From assembly GCA_963675665.1 (NCBI GenBank), contig OY776510.1:928001-992000 (forward strand): DNA of 64,000 nt, read 5' to 3'. The notes beneath the pieces were generated by a model. The model ran no database searches. It was not told the origin of the DNA and saw only the letters and a program-made list of their open reading frames with translations. This DNA is from Spirochaetia bacterium. GTDB lineage: Bacteria > Spirochaetota > Spirochaetia > UBA9216. Position 1 is the stretch's first letter; every line of letters starts with the position of its first letter. Both the position numbers and the translations under genes were made by a program. Positions 39,423-49,713 of this stretch are shown here, piece after piece.

Positions 39423-40720
39423 GTATCAGTTTTGCCCTTCTGGTTTTCTTTGTGATTTTTATACTCATTTTTATCCTCCGCATACCGATTCCCATAGGAC
39501 TCATGACAGCCTGCGTCTTTTACTTCCTGATCGCCGGCGAACCCGTAAAAATGGTGTCTCAGCAGACGGTCAAGACCTTTTACACGAATTTCACAATTGT
39601 TGCCGTCCCGCTGTTTATTTTTGCGGCCAATATCATGAACAGCGGTAAGGTCACGGATAAGGTGTTCGGTTTTGCAAAAGGGTTTGTGGGGCACGTTAAG
39701 GGCGGACTGGGACATGTGAATATTCTGGCCTCGCTGGTGTTCTCCGGCATGACCGGGTCCGCCATAGCTGATGCCAGCGGTCTCGGTAAAATGGAGATCG
39801 ATGCAATGCGGGCAGAGGGGTATGACGACGGATTCAGCTGTGCGGTTACCGCAGCCTCCGCAACGATCGGTCCCATATTTCCGCCGAGCATACCGATGGT
39901 CATATATGCCATGCTTGCGGGGGTGTCCGTCGGGGGCCTGTTTATGGGCGGGATGGTGCCCGGGATTCTGCTTGCGGCAGCGCTGATGGCCTACGTCGCG
40001 TTTGTTGCCCACAAGCGCAATTACCCGAAGAGTGAAAAAATTAAACTGAAACCGTTTTTGCGTTTTACGCTGACCGCGCTGCCTGCTATTATTACGCCGG
40101 CAATTCTTCTTATCGGTATTTATGCCGGTGTAATGACGCCGACCGAGGCCGGCGCCGTTGCGGGCTTCTATGCTCTTCTGATTTCAGTTTTTGCCTACCG
40201 GGTTATAGGCTGGCGGGACTTTAAAGAGGTGCTTGTCAATACAGTAAAAAGTACGGGTTCCGTTTCCCTGATGATAGGTGCCGCTACCTGTATTTCCTAT
40301 ATAATCGCTAAAGAGCACATAGCGACGGACCTGGGTAATTTCATCCTTGGAATAACAAGCAATCGGTATGCTTTCCTGTTCATCATCAATATCGCACTCC
40401 TGCTGCTGGGAATGTTCATTGATACCTCAGTCATTCTGGTTATATTTATTCCCATTGTGCTCCCGATAGCTCAGGCATATAGTATCGACCTCATCCACTT
40501 TGGTCTTATTGTCTGCTTTAACATGATGATCGGTCTTTCCACGCCGCCGTTCGGTATGCTGCTGTTTATTACCAGCGGGATCTCGGGCACGCCGCTTAAA
40601 GATGTGATCAGGGAAATCTGGCGGCCCTTGATTGTCATGCTGGTTGTTCTGGCCCTGATAACATATTTCCCGGATATTGTACTGTTTTTGCCTAGAGCGC
40701 TAATGGGTTATTCCGGATAG
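39419..40720 (+). CDS. dctM: TRAP large permease
   Basis: 'AVPLF', 'FSGMTGSAIAD', 'IFPPSIP', 'TPTEA', 'TPPFG'. Confidence 0.95.
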   Translation: MSISFALLVFFVIFILIFILRIPIPIGLMTACVFYFLIAGEPVKMVSQQTVKTFYTNFTIVAVPLFIFAANIMNSGKVTDKVFGFAKGFVGHVKGGLGHVNILASLVFSGMTGSAIADASGLGKMEIDAMRAEGYDDGFSCAVTAASATIGPIFPPSIPMVIYAMLAGVSVGGLFMGGMVPGILLAAALMAYVAFVAHKRNYPKSEKIKLKPFLRFTLTALPAIITPAILLIGIYAGVMTPTEAGAVAGFYALLISVFAYRVIGWRDFKEVLVNTVKSTGSVSLMIGAATCISYIIAKEHIATDLGNFILGITSNRYAFLFIINIALLLLGMFIDTSVILVIFIPIVLPIAQAYSIDLIHFGLIVCFNMMIGLSTPPFGMLLFITSGISGTPLKDVIREIWRPLIVMLVVLALITYFPDIVLFLPRALMGYSG

Positions 40721-40842
40721 TGTGAAAAACCAATAATCTGTTCCCGGATAGAAGGGCCAGGTTGATACCCTGGTTGTTTCAGCGCCAGGATTTTTTTCAA
40801 ATTACGGATTTTTGTTTAAAGATAATAATGGTAACATTAATC

Positions 40843-40872
40843 TCTTGACACATGACATATGTATTGTATAAT
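40843..40872 (+). promoter_or_regulatory. Sigma70-type promoter/operator of TRAP operon 2
   Basis: tcTTGACAcatgacatatgtattgTATAAT. Confidence 0.75.
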
Positions 40873-40900
40873 TAGGTTAAAGATTTTTATGGAGGAAAGA

Positions 40901-41938
40901 ATGAAAAAAATTGTGCTCGTTATTTTAGTTTTCTGTATGTTATTGAGTGGAGCCCTGTTCGCGTCTGGAACCCAGGAACCGGAGGCCGATGCTTCTGTGT
41001 CCGTGACGCCGGTGAAGCTCGTGTTAGCTGACAGTACTGTTCCGGGTGAACCGGCAGTAGACGCAATCTACGTGTTCATAGAAGAGTTGAAGAAAGTGTC
41101 GAATGGGCAGATGGATGTCGACTACTATCACTCAGGATCGCTGATTGGTCAGAACGATCAGGCTGTTTCAGTCATGGACGGTACTGTTGACATGTCCGTT
41201 ATTAGTTTTGCATGGATAGTTGAGTTTATGCCGGAAATAGGTATGCTTGCATCGGCATTCAACTTCAGGGATTCCGACCATATCCACAAGTTCATGAACG
41301 ATAGTGAAGTAGGAAAAGAATTATTTGAAGATATCGCTGAGAAAACCAACATGAGGGTTCTGGGCGGATATTTCTTCGGATACAGGCAAGTCAGTGTAGT
41401 AAAAAAGGTGGGGCCCGTATACAAACCAACAGACTTGAATGGTGTGAAACTGAGAATGCCCGGTACGCCTATATGGCTTGCTGTCGGACGGGCGCTTGGT
41501 GCTAATCCGACACCGCTGGCGTCAACAGAAGCCTATATGGGGTTAAAGACCGGCAGTATTGAAGGGGTTGATATGCCGCTGAATCAGATGAAATCGCTCA
41601 AGTTGTACGAAGCGCTTAAATATACAACCTTGACGAATCACATTGTTGAACAGCAATTACCCATTATCAACGAAGATAAATGGCAGTCGTTTACCGATGA
41701 GCAAAGAGGATGGATAAAACAAGCCATTGCGAAGATGGTTGAATACGGCACTGAAGCCTATGTATCCGTGTTTGACAGTGATGTTCAGTTCCTGAAGGAT
41801 CAAGGGGTTGAGTTCATTGAGAACCCGGACTCAGAAGCTTTCAGGGAATACGCTCGAAATTCATTTCTCACGAAAGACAGTGATATCTCATCAAAGTGGG
41901 ACTGGGATTTATTCGACAGGATACAAAATGTAAAATAG
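40901..41938 (+). CDS. dctP: TRAP substrate-binding protein (second)
   Basis: 'DLNGVKLRMP', 'EAYMGLKTGSIEG'; ATG 40901 after GGAGG. Confidence 0.92.
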   Translation: MKKIVLVILVFCMLLSGALFASGTQEPEADASVSVTPVKLVLADSTVPGEPAVDAIYVFIEELKKVSNGQMDVDYYHSGSLIGQNDQAVSVMDGTVDMSVISFAWIVEFMPEIGMLASAFNFRDSDHIHKFMNDSEVGKELFEDIAEKTNMRVLGGYFFGYRQVSVVKKVGPVYKPTDLNGVKLRMPGTPIWLAVGRALGANPTPLASTEAYMGLKTGSIEGVDMPLNQMKSLKLYEALKYTTLTNHIVEQQLPIINEDKWQSFTDEQRGWIKQAIAKMVEYGTEAYVSVFDSDVQFLKDQGVEFIENPDSEAFREYARNSFLTKDSDISSKWDWDLFDRIQNVK

Positions 41939-42029
41939 AATTTCCATTAATATGAAATGAAAATTTACCTGATTATGGTAAAAACTGTATGATGATCACC
42001 TTTAGCAGGTGTTTGAAAACGATTTTTTT

Positions 42030-42057
42030 GGGAGGGAGTAGATTCCTGCTCCCTCCT
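42030..42057 (+). other. Stem-loop after second dctP
   Basis: gggagggagtag-att-cctgctccctcct. Confidence 0.45.
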
Positions 42058-42120
42058 GTTATATTTGAACCGGTGTAACCGGGAATAAGTATCCTGTATG
42101 GTACAAAAATGGTTGGATGA

Positions 42121-42657
42121 ATGAATAAACGAATAAACAGATTTCACAGGGTCGCAAAAATATTGTTGAATATCCTTGAAATTTACTTGCCGATGTTACA
42201 GATATTCTTACTTTTTATTGTCTTCCTGATTGGTATAATCTTCCGCTACTTCTTTGTGCCCCTCAGCTGGACAATGGAGCTTTCGGTGGTGCTCTATTTA
42301 TGGGTAGCTCTTTTCGGTTGTCTTTATGCACAGCGCAGGGAGCGACACGTGGTGTTCTCCCTGGTATACGATCATCTTTCAAAGACTACACAGAGGATAT
42401 TTCGTATAGTCGGCAACTCCCTGTTGGCTGTAAGCTTCCTGCTCGTACTTAAGCCGTCCTACAGCTATATAGACTTTATGAAGGTGCGTGCGACAAACGT
42501 ATTGCGGATACCTTTCAACCTGGTCTATATGCCGTTTCTGATCTTTCTTGTGGTGATGTCGATTCGTTACATTGTCCTGGTTGTTCAAGATGTCACTGAA
42601 ATCTTTTCTTCAGAAAACATTCACGAAACTTACCGAAAAAAAAGAGGTTCAAATTGA
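42121..42657 (+). CDS. dctQ: TRAP small permease (second)
   Basis: 4 TMs, 'IFRY...WTME', 'RHV'. Confidence 0.88.
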   Translation: MNKRINRFHRVAKILLNILEIYLPMLQIFLLFIVFLIGIIFRYFFVPLSWTMELSVVLYLWVALFGCLYAQRRERHVVFSLVYDHLSKTTQRIFRIVGNSLLAVSFLLVLKPSYSYIDFMKVRATNVLRIPFNLVYMPFLIFLVVMSIRYIVLVVQDVTEIFSSENIHETYRKKRGSN

Positions 42658-43952
42658 GTTTTGCTTTTATTATTTTTATCGCAGCGTTTGTTCTTGTTCT
42701 TCTGTTGAGGATCCCTATAGGCCCTGGTATGATCATGGCATCTGTATTTTACTTTGTGATAGCACCGGATGTCGCTTCTACAGCACCAAAACTGGTTTCT
42801 CAGTTATTTCTTTCCAACATGATGACACACTATGTTCAAATTGCAGTGCCGCTTTTCGTCTTCATGGCTGAAATAATGAATAGTGGTAAGGTCACCGACG
42901 TAATATTCAAATTTACCAATGCCTGCATCGGGAAGAAACCCGGCGCTCTGGGTCATGTCAACGTAGTTGCGTCAATAATCTTCTCCGGAATGACCGGTTC
43001 GGCGATTGCAGATGCCTCAGGATTGGGTTCGATGGAAATAAAGGCCATGAATGACAGCGGCTACGACAAGGGCTTCAGTTGCGCGATAACGGCCGCATCA
43101 GCTACCATCGGTCCTATATTTCCGCCAAGCATTCCCATGATCTTTTATGCAATGTTGTCCGGGGCTTCAATCGGGGCTTTGTTTATAGGTGGAATGGTTC
43201 CGGGGATAATCATCGGGATCGCCCTGATGGTGTATATATTTTTTATATCACGTATACGGAATTATCCAATGGGTGATTCTGTATCGTTCAAAAAGTTAGT
43301 CGCGGTATTCATACGAGCATTTCCGGCACTCCTGACGGTTGCGATTTTGTTAGGCGGTATCTACACCGGAATTGTAACACCGACAGAAGCCGGTGCTCTC
43401 GCATCTCTGTATGCAATCGTGATTTCTGTTGTCATATATCGGGCGATTGGGTTTCGGAGTTTCCTGGACATACTCAAGCGAACAGTACTTACTATAGGAA
43501 CATTGACCATTATTGTAGGCGCTTCCTATGTATTTACATATATCGTTGCAATTGAGGGGATACCGCAAGCGGTTGCAAAATTTTTTTTGGGGATAACTGA
43601 GAATAAATATGTTCTGCTTCTGATTATTAATCTTGCATTTATTCTTTTAGGCATGATCATGGACACAATGAGCATAATTTTGATATTTATTCCAATAGTC
43701 CTGCCTATGGTAAATACACTGGGCATAGATCTGGTGCATTTTGGTGTCGTTATTGTTCTGAACATGATGATTGGTTTGTCCACGCCTCCGTTCGGACTGT
43801 TGTTGTTCGTTGTCTCCGGTATCTCGGAAACCCCTTTGGGTGAGGTTATCAAGGAAATTTTCCCGATGTTATTGGTGCTGTTTGGCGTTCTCTTTCTCGT
43901 AACCTATATTGAGCCCATTGTTCTGTTTTTGCCAAATCTATTGGGCTTTTAG
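42654..43952 (+). CDS. dctM: TRAP large permease (second)
   Basis: Same DctM motifs; TTG start overlapping dctQ stop. Confidence 0.95.
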   Translation: MSFAFIIFIAAFVLVLLLRIPIGPGMIMASVFYFVIAPDVASTAPKLVSQLFLSNMMTHYVQIAVPLFVFMAEIMNSGKVTDVIFKFTNACIGKKPGALGHVNVVASIIFSGMTGSAIADASGLGSMEIKAMNDSGYDKGFSCAITAASATIGPIFPPSIPMIFYAMLSGASIGALFIGGMVPGIIIGIALMVYIFFISRIRNYPMGDSVSFKKLVAVFIRAFPALLTVAILLGGIYTGIVTPTEAGALASLYAIVISVVIYRAIGFRSFLDILKRTVLTIGTLTIIVGASYVFTYIVAIEGIPQAVAKFFLGITENKYVLLLIINLAFILLGMIMDTMSIILIFIPIVLPMVNTLGIDLVHFGVVIVLNMMIGLSTPPFGLLLFVVSGISETPLGEVIKEIFPMLLVLFGVLFLVTYIEPIVLFLPNLLGF

Positions 43953-43976
43953 TGAATACTGTAGGAGGCGGGGACT

Positions 43977-44441
43977 ATGATATACGACGCATTTCAGAAC
44001 ATGAATCTTTACTGTAATGAAGAAGAGGCTCTGTATCGCGCAATCTGTTATGCGCGAGATTTCGATCCGTCTTTACCCGAGGGAATTTACGAGATGGAAG
44101 GCCGCGACATTTTTGCTCGGGTAGTGACTTATAAGACAGCTCCTGCGCAATGTCAGACGTTTGAATCACACCGGGATTACATCGATATACAGGTATTGCT
44201 GTCCGGGCGTGAACGGGTAGACGTGGCTCTTGCTGCAGAAGCGGGACTTTCTCCGCTGGAGCAGTACGATTCTAATAAGGATTTGGTTTTGTTTAAAGAA
44301 CCGAAAGATTTTGCAACGATTAATCTGCTTCCCGGCAGGTTTGCAGTATTCTATCCGGGCGATGTACACCGTCCCAATTGTGAGTTAGATGGAGTATTGG
44401 ATGTCAAAAAGATATGCGTAAAAGTACGTTATCTAAAATGA
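43977..44441 (+). CDS. YhcH/YjgK/YiaL family protein
   Basis: 'FESHRDYIDIQ', 'FAVFYPGDVHRP', 'KKICVKV'. Confidence 0.92.
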   Translation: MIYDAFQNMNLYCNEEEALYRAICYARDFDPSLPEGIYEMEGRDIFARVVTYKTAPAQCQTFESHRDYIDIQVLLSGRERVDVALAAEAGLSPLEQYDSNKDLVLFKEPKDFATINLLPGRFAVFYPGDVHRPNCELDGVLDVKKICVKVRYLK

Positions 44442-44463
44442 GAGGAATTTTGGAGGAACTATT

Positions 44464-45246
44464 ATGAAAGACTCAATGAATTATAGCCTTAAGAAGAAAC
44501 TGGAAGAAGGGAATGTGGTTATTGGTTCATTTATCAAAGCTGCCAATCCGGCGCTTATCGAAATCCTGGGCATGAGCGGAATGGACTACGTGCTTCTTGA
44601 CATGGAACACGGCCCGGTTTCAATGGAAAAACTGGAGGACCTTATACGAGCGGCGGATGCTGTCGGTGTCTGTGCTTTCGTTCGTGTTGCAGGACAACAG
44701 GAGTCTGATATTTTACATGCCCTGGATAAGGGACCCGGCGGAGTGCTGGTACCGATGATGAACAATAAAGCTGATACACAAAAGATAGTCAAATATGCTC
44801 GTTACTCTCCGATTGGTGAGCGCGGAATAGATATTTACTCTCGGGCAGCGCGGTTTGGATACATATCAAAGACCGATTTCTTTTCAAGGGCAAACCGGGA
44901 GACGCTACTGGCCATCCAGATAGAGGGTGAGGAAGGAGCAAACAATCTGGACGAGATCTTGTCTGTTGATGGTATTGATATTGTGTATGTGGGTCCGTAC
45001 GACCTGTCTCAATCAATGGGGATCCCCGGGCAAATAAACGATGCAAGGGTTATTGATAAGGTCAAGGAGATCGCGAAAACCGTAGCGGCTAAAGGCAAGT
45101 TTGTCGGAGTCTATGTTGATGATGTTGAAACTGCGCGTTTATATGCCGAGGCAGGCGTACAATTTATCTCCATCTCGGTTGATGTACGGATCTTCGCCGA
45201 GGCCTGCGATTCAATGGTTCAAGCTTTTCACGGCAAGGATGTATAG
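44464..45246 (+). CDS. HpcH/HpaI (GarL-like) class II pyruvate aldolase
   Basis: 'DMEHG', 'VRV', 'QIE', 'GPYDLS.SMG'. Confidence 0.92.
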   Translation: MKDSMNYSLKKKLEEGNVVIGSFIKAANPALIEILGMSGMDYVLLDMEHGPVSMEKLEDLIRAADAVGVCAFVRVAGQQESDILHALDKGPGGVLVPMMNNKADTQKIVKYARYSPIGERGIDIYSRAARFGYISKTDFFSRANRETLLAIQIEGEEGANNLDEILSVDGIDIVYVGPYDLSQSMGIPGQINDARVIDKVKEIAKTVAAKGKFVGVYVDDVETARLYAEAGVQFISISVDVRIFAEACDSMVQAFHGKDV

Positions 45247-45315
45247 CCAGGCGCAGCATTATTAATCAACGACTGCGCAAATTACAGTCGAATAATGGCG
45301 GAAGGAGTGTTAATC

Positions 45316-46458
45316 ATGAAAAGACTGGAAAAGCTGGATAGAATGTTGGAGATTCTCGAGGAATGTATAGACCCTGATCACGCGGATGAGGCAGTTGAAC
45401 GCCAGTATAAAGCTATTAATTTTCAATCCGTTGATCATATTCCTCTTATTATACAGATCAACAAATCTAATGACCGGTTTGAGTTGCTTAAGTTTGAAGA
45501 TACGTTTGAGAACCACGAGAATATGCTGTACAACGAGCTACTATACAGCTGGGGAAGCATTTACAACAGTGTAACCGGCGGTGTGTATGATGATTATATA
45601 TATCATATCAGAAGCAGCACAGGCCCTATTCTTGTCGCATCGGCATTTGGCGCTAATTGCCGTGTCGCAGGTGATTTCGCCTGGGTAGATCATATGGAGC
45701 GCAGCGAGCTTATAAAATCCATGGCTCACGGTGTCCCTGCTGTAGATGCCGGCCTGTTCAGTATGGTCTTCGACAGGTACAATTACTATCATGAACGCCT
45801 GAAGGAATACCCGAAATGCGCAAGAGCGATTAGAATTACACAACCGGATCTGCAGGGACCGTTTGACATTGCAGATCTGCTGCTCGGCAGCACACAAATC
45901 TTTTGTGATCTGTATGAGGACCCCGGGTTCATACACAGTCTGCTGGAGTTGATTACCCAGGCCTTAATTAACGAAGTCAGGGCTTTTGAACCCTATATTC
46001 AGAACAGTATTGTACATGGAAACAGTCTGGTTGTTTATGCCGCAATGTACCGCGGCAAAACTGTGATCAAGGACGACACCGCCAGCACTATGATCTCCGA
46101 AGACCATTATGAAGAGTTTTCAGCTCATTATAACAGGATAGTTATGGATAATCTGGAAGGAGCGGCGCTTCATCACTGCGGTGAAGGCAGGCCCTGGCAT
46201 TACAAACAATTCGCCTGGCCTACCTGCAGCGGAGTAAACTTCGGTCAGCCGCAATTTCACAAGCTGGCTGATAAAATGCCGTATCTCGAACAGAATATAC
46301 CAATCGTCGGTTGGGGAAGTGAGGAATCGTATGATATCCTGGATGATTTTTACGAAATAGCGCCCAGAACCGGCATAACTCTCGCATGTATGACTGACAG
46401 CACGGAAAAGGCAAAGCGTATTTATGAGACGCACCTGGAACGCTGTGCTAAAATGTGA
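45316..46458 (+). CDS. Uroporphyrinogen decarboxylase / MtaA-CmuA-like TIM-barrel protein
   Basis: 'PDLQGPFDIA..L.G', 'DLYEDP...LL..IT', 'DD...MIS...YEEF', 'HHCG'. Confidence 0.75.
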   Translation: MKRLEKLDRMLEILEECIDPDHADEAVERQYKAINFQSVDHIPLIIQINKSNDRFELLKFEDTFENHENMLYNELLYSWGSIYNSVTGGVYDDYIYHIRSSTGPILVASAFGANCRVAGDFAWVDHMERSELIKSMAHGVPAVDAGLFSMVFDRYNYYHERLKEYPKCARAIRITQPDLQGPFDIADLLLGSTQIFCDLYEDPGFIHSLLELITQALINEVRAFEPYIQNSIVHGNSLVVYAAMYRGKTVIKDDTASTMISEDHYEEFSAHYNRIVMDNLEGAALHHCGEGRPWHYKQFAWPTCSGVNFGQPQFHKLADKMPYLEQNIPIVGWGSEESYDILDDFYEIAPRTGITLACMTDSTEKAKRIYETHLERCAKM

Positions 46459-47399
46459 AGCTTATTGATGACTTTTTACAGGAGCATAATATTATGAAGG
46501 TATTAAGTGATGTTGTTATACCCCTGATAACTCCATTGACGGAAAAAGATAAAATTGATGTCCCATCCCTTAAAAACTTAACGGAATATTTGATTGAGAA
46601 AAAGATGAATTGTTTATATCCCTGCGGAACAACGGGAGAAATGGTATATCTTTCCAACGAAGAGAGAAAAGTGGTTGTTGAAACAGTTGTAAAAACGGCG
46701 GCAGGACGTGTCCCGGTATTTGCACATGTCGGCGCAGCAAATACTGCGGATACGATAGAGCTTGCAAAACATGCTGTGGAATGCGGCTCGGACGGAATCG
46801 GGATTGTTACTCCCTGGTTTTATAAGCTCTCTGATCAAGCGCTAATTGATTTTTATATAGCGGTATCTCAAAGTATTCCCGAAGATTTTCCGATTTACCT
46901 TTATGCGATTCCACAGAATGCAGTAAACGATCTTAATCCTGAGACCGTACAGAAAATTGCAAATTTATGCCCAAATGTTACAGGTATAAAATACAGTTAT
47001 CCGGATATGACAAAAATCCAGAAATTTATGACGGTTAATGACGGGAATTTTTCTGTACTCGTTGGACCCGATCAATTTTATCAGGTGTCTATGCTCGCCG
47101 GAGGAAAAGGTGTTGTGTCCGGGAATGCTATGGTGATTCCTGAACATTACGAAGCTCTTACGAAAGCTATAGCATCAGGTGATAATGAAGCAGCTGTAAA
47201 AATACAAAGAAGAACAAATATGTTAAATGAGATTCTTTGTGAAAAGAATAATATTGGCTGTTATAAAGTTGTTTTAAAGGCTAATGGTATTATAAACACT
47301 GCGAAAATGCGCGCACCAATGGAAGAGGTCTCAGCTGACGATGCATCAAAACTGTTGGAGACCTTAAACTATTTACACTACAATGAAGTTATAATTTAA
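46455..47399 (+). CDS. DHDPS/N-acetylneuraminate lyase family class I aldolase
   Basis: 'GTTGE', 'LYAIPQ', Schiff-base 'GIKYS'. Confidence 0.9.
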   Translation: MKLIDDFLQEHNIMKVLSDVVIPLITPLTEKDKIDVPSLKNLTEYLIEKKMNCLYPCGTTGEMVYLSNEERKVVVETVVKTAAGRVPVFAHVGAANTADTIELAKHAVECGSDGIGIVTPWFYKLSDQALIDFYIAVSQSIPEDFPIYLYAIPQNAVNDLNPETVQKIANLCPNVTGIKYSYPDMTKIQKFMTVNDGNFSVLVGPDQFYQVSMLAGGKGVVSGNAMVIPEHYEALTKAIASGDNEAAVKIQRRTNMLNEILCEKNNIGCYKVVLKANGIINTAKMRAPMEEVSADDASKLLETLNYLHYNEVII

Positions 47400-47481
47400 A
47401 CCTTGGATTCATAAAACAATCATAATAGCGCCAGTTAAGGATCTAAATCCGGAGAGGGGCTATCAGACGGAACATTGAAAA

Positions 47482-48789
47482 TTAAGCTGAACCTGTTGGA
47501 AGCTCTCCGCTATTTCCCGCTTCGCCGAATATGCCGTCCAGAAGGATGCCGATTTTTTTCCTGAGGAGGGTAGTTGAGAAATACTGTTTGCCCAGCGCGA
47601 AATTCTTCTCAACCATTATCTTTCTTCTTTCTTGATTCATTAAAACATCCCTGACCTCCGAAACTGTTTTTTTCGTCAGATAACCGTCAATCGAGATGAC
47701 ATCAAATCCCTTTGGCTCAATATCAACTATGTAGACAGTATATCGGTTGACCAGAATCGGTTTTTTAAAATAGACCGCTTCGAGAAAAGCATTTCCAAAA
47801 CCTTCGTAAAGGCTGGGATAGGTTACCATGTCGACGTGCGGATAAACGTCCCAAAGGCAGTACTGTTTTTTTCCGCTGCTGTCGTATCTTCTTTTTTCGT
47901 GGAGATGATTGGAGATAAAATAAACCGGAATATCCATCTGCGCGGCAGTCTCTTTGATCCAGTCGAAATACTCATCGCCCTCGTCGCCAGATGAATGGGA
48001 AATAATCAGCTTTACTTTCGGCATATCCAGTTTTCGTACAAGATCAAGCGCATGCTCTATTCCCTTTCTCGATACGACTCTCGTGGGCTGAAGTATCAGT
48101 ATATCGTCTTCGTCAAAACCGAGATCGCTTCTGAAATCCCTGTTATATTCGTCAATTCCGTTAATATCTTCGCTGAAATCTATTACATTATAAATTACCG
48201 TTGAGGATATACCTCGTCTTGCCGCAAGATCTTTTTGAATCATCGAATTGATTACCACATGTTTGATTTCAGGCAGATCAGGCGGAAAGGAAGAGTTAAG
48301 AATGTCACCCACCGCATTAATCAGGAATCTGGGGCGTTCCCAGTAAAAATCGTGATGATGACCAATCGCAGGAATTTTGTTCTCTATTATTACCTCCGTC
48401 AACGCCTGCCCGAGCGGAATATGCATCGGAATAGCGAGACAGTTTTCTGCCACAATTAAATCGATATCGAATTTTCCGATAAATTCATAAAGCTTGTTTT
48501 TCAGATGTTCTTTCTGTCTGTAGATCATGTCCGTAATCTCGCGGGAGCGTTTCTGTGTGCCTATGAGTGACCGGTTCAGAGTGATATTATCGCCGTGATT
48601 GAAAAAGGCTTCTTCAGCTGTAACGCATCGCGACGGGTCCCTGTCAGTCTGACCGGCAAACCAGAAATTTTTATGACCGAAAGATTCAAAAACCTGTTCC
48701 CATTTTTCGGTTTCCAGTGAAACGCCGTCGGTCCCGGCAAATCTCGTTGAAACAAAACCGATGTTCAGATTTTTACTGTCCTTATGCAT
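47482..48789 (-). CDS. GT4 glycosyltransferase (mannosylglucosylglycerate synthase-like)
   Basis: 'RFAGTDGVSLE', 'HHHDFYWER', 'QPTRVVSRKGIE', 'YPSLYEGFGNAFLE'; ATG 48789 after GGAGG. Confidence 0.82.
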   Translation of the reverse strand: MHKDSKNLNIGFVSTRFAGTDGVSLETEKWEQVFESFGHKNFWFAGQTDRDPSRCVTAEEAFFNHGDNITLNRSLIGTQKRSREITDMIYRQKEHLKNKLYEFIGKFDIDLIVAENCLAIPMHIPLGQALTEVIIENKIPAIGHHHDFYWERPRFLINAVGDILNSSFPPDLPEIKHVVINSMIQKDLAARRGISSTVIYNVIDFSEDINGIDEYNRDFRSDLGFDEDDILILQPTRVVSRKGIEHALDLVRKLDMPKVKLIISHSSGDEGDEYFDWIKETAAQMDIPVYFISNHLHEKRRYDSSGKKQYCLWDVYPHVDMVTYPSLYEGFGNAFLEAVYFKKPILVNRYTVYIVDIEPKGFDVISIDGYLTKKTVSEVRDVLMNQERRKIMVEKNFALGKQYFSTTLLRKKIGILLDGIFGEAGNSGELPTGSA

Positions 48790-49092
48790 TTTGTTCCTCC
48801 CGGCTCTTTGGTGGGTTACAATATTATAGTTGATATTTTCACGGTTAACCATAGTTTTCAAAGCGAGGATATTTTTCGCGCCATGTTGCGGAAGAATTCA
48901 GAGATTAGCGTTTTTATCTGTTCACTGATATAAAAAGAATCTTCTGGACAGAGTTGCTTGAATCCACTTACAGTAAGTAATATCCTGTCCCCAAAATGAT
49001 GTCCAACACAATGTTTCGTTATCTACAGTCATTACAACGCAAACGCTTTTCTAATCATAACATCCACAACCAAACAGGCGGCGATACTGACA

Positions 49093-49713
49093 TTAAAAGA
49101 ACCTCCACCCCAAGCCAATCCAGTATGCAAACCTGTCGTACATAATAGCTGCATCCGCAACGGGAGTAAATAAGCCTGCTGTAATTGACAGCGGTTCAAG
49201 GAATTTAACTTTCAGAAGTTTTCCTGTGGAAAGAGCAAGTTCAAGTGTCAGGTCAACTTCAATAACCCATGGTAGTCCGTATTTATCACCGGAAAAATCA
49301 TAAAGACTGCTTTCCACTTTGGCATAATTCGCTTCACACTTTATTAATCCTTCAAGACAAGGCGTGAATGTAAGAAATTCCAGCGGCGTGATCGGTAACT
49401 GAATGAATATTCCTGCCCGGGCCATGATCAGCGCAGTGGTTATCACTGTATCTTCGTATGATTTATCTTTTGTCGGCATCCATAAATACGGCCCGATACC
49501 TGCAACGAGACCGGCCTCGAAATTATCAGTAAATGAGTATTTGAGACTGAGATCTTCACGAAACGGGATAAGTCCCAATCCTGCATCAAGATCGAATCCC
49601 TTATCACCGCTAAAGATCTTTTTTGATTCTTCTGCAACAGCAGCAGTGCTGATTATAAGAAGAAGCAGAATCAAAGGTACACATTTAATTATATGAGAAA
49701 CAGGCTTCATCAT
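49093..49713 (-). CDS. Exported hypothetical protein, possible small OM beta-barrel
   Basis: Signal peptide, amphipathic strands, C-terminal WIGLGWRFF. Confidence 0.55.
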   Translation of the reverse strand: MMKPVSHIIKCVPLILLLLIISTAAVAEESKKIFSGDKGFDLDAGLGLIPFREDLSLKYSFTDNFEAGLVAGIGPYLWMPTKDKSYEDTVITTALIMARAGIFIQLPITPLEFLTFTPCLEGLIKCEANYAKVESSLYDFSGDKYGLPWVIEVDLTLELALSTGKLLKVKFLEPLSITAGLFTPVADAAIMYDRFAYWIGLGWRFF

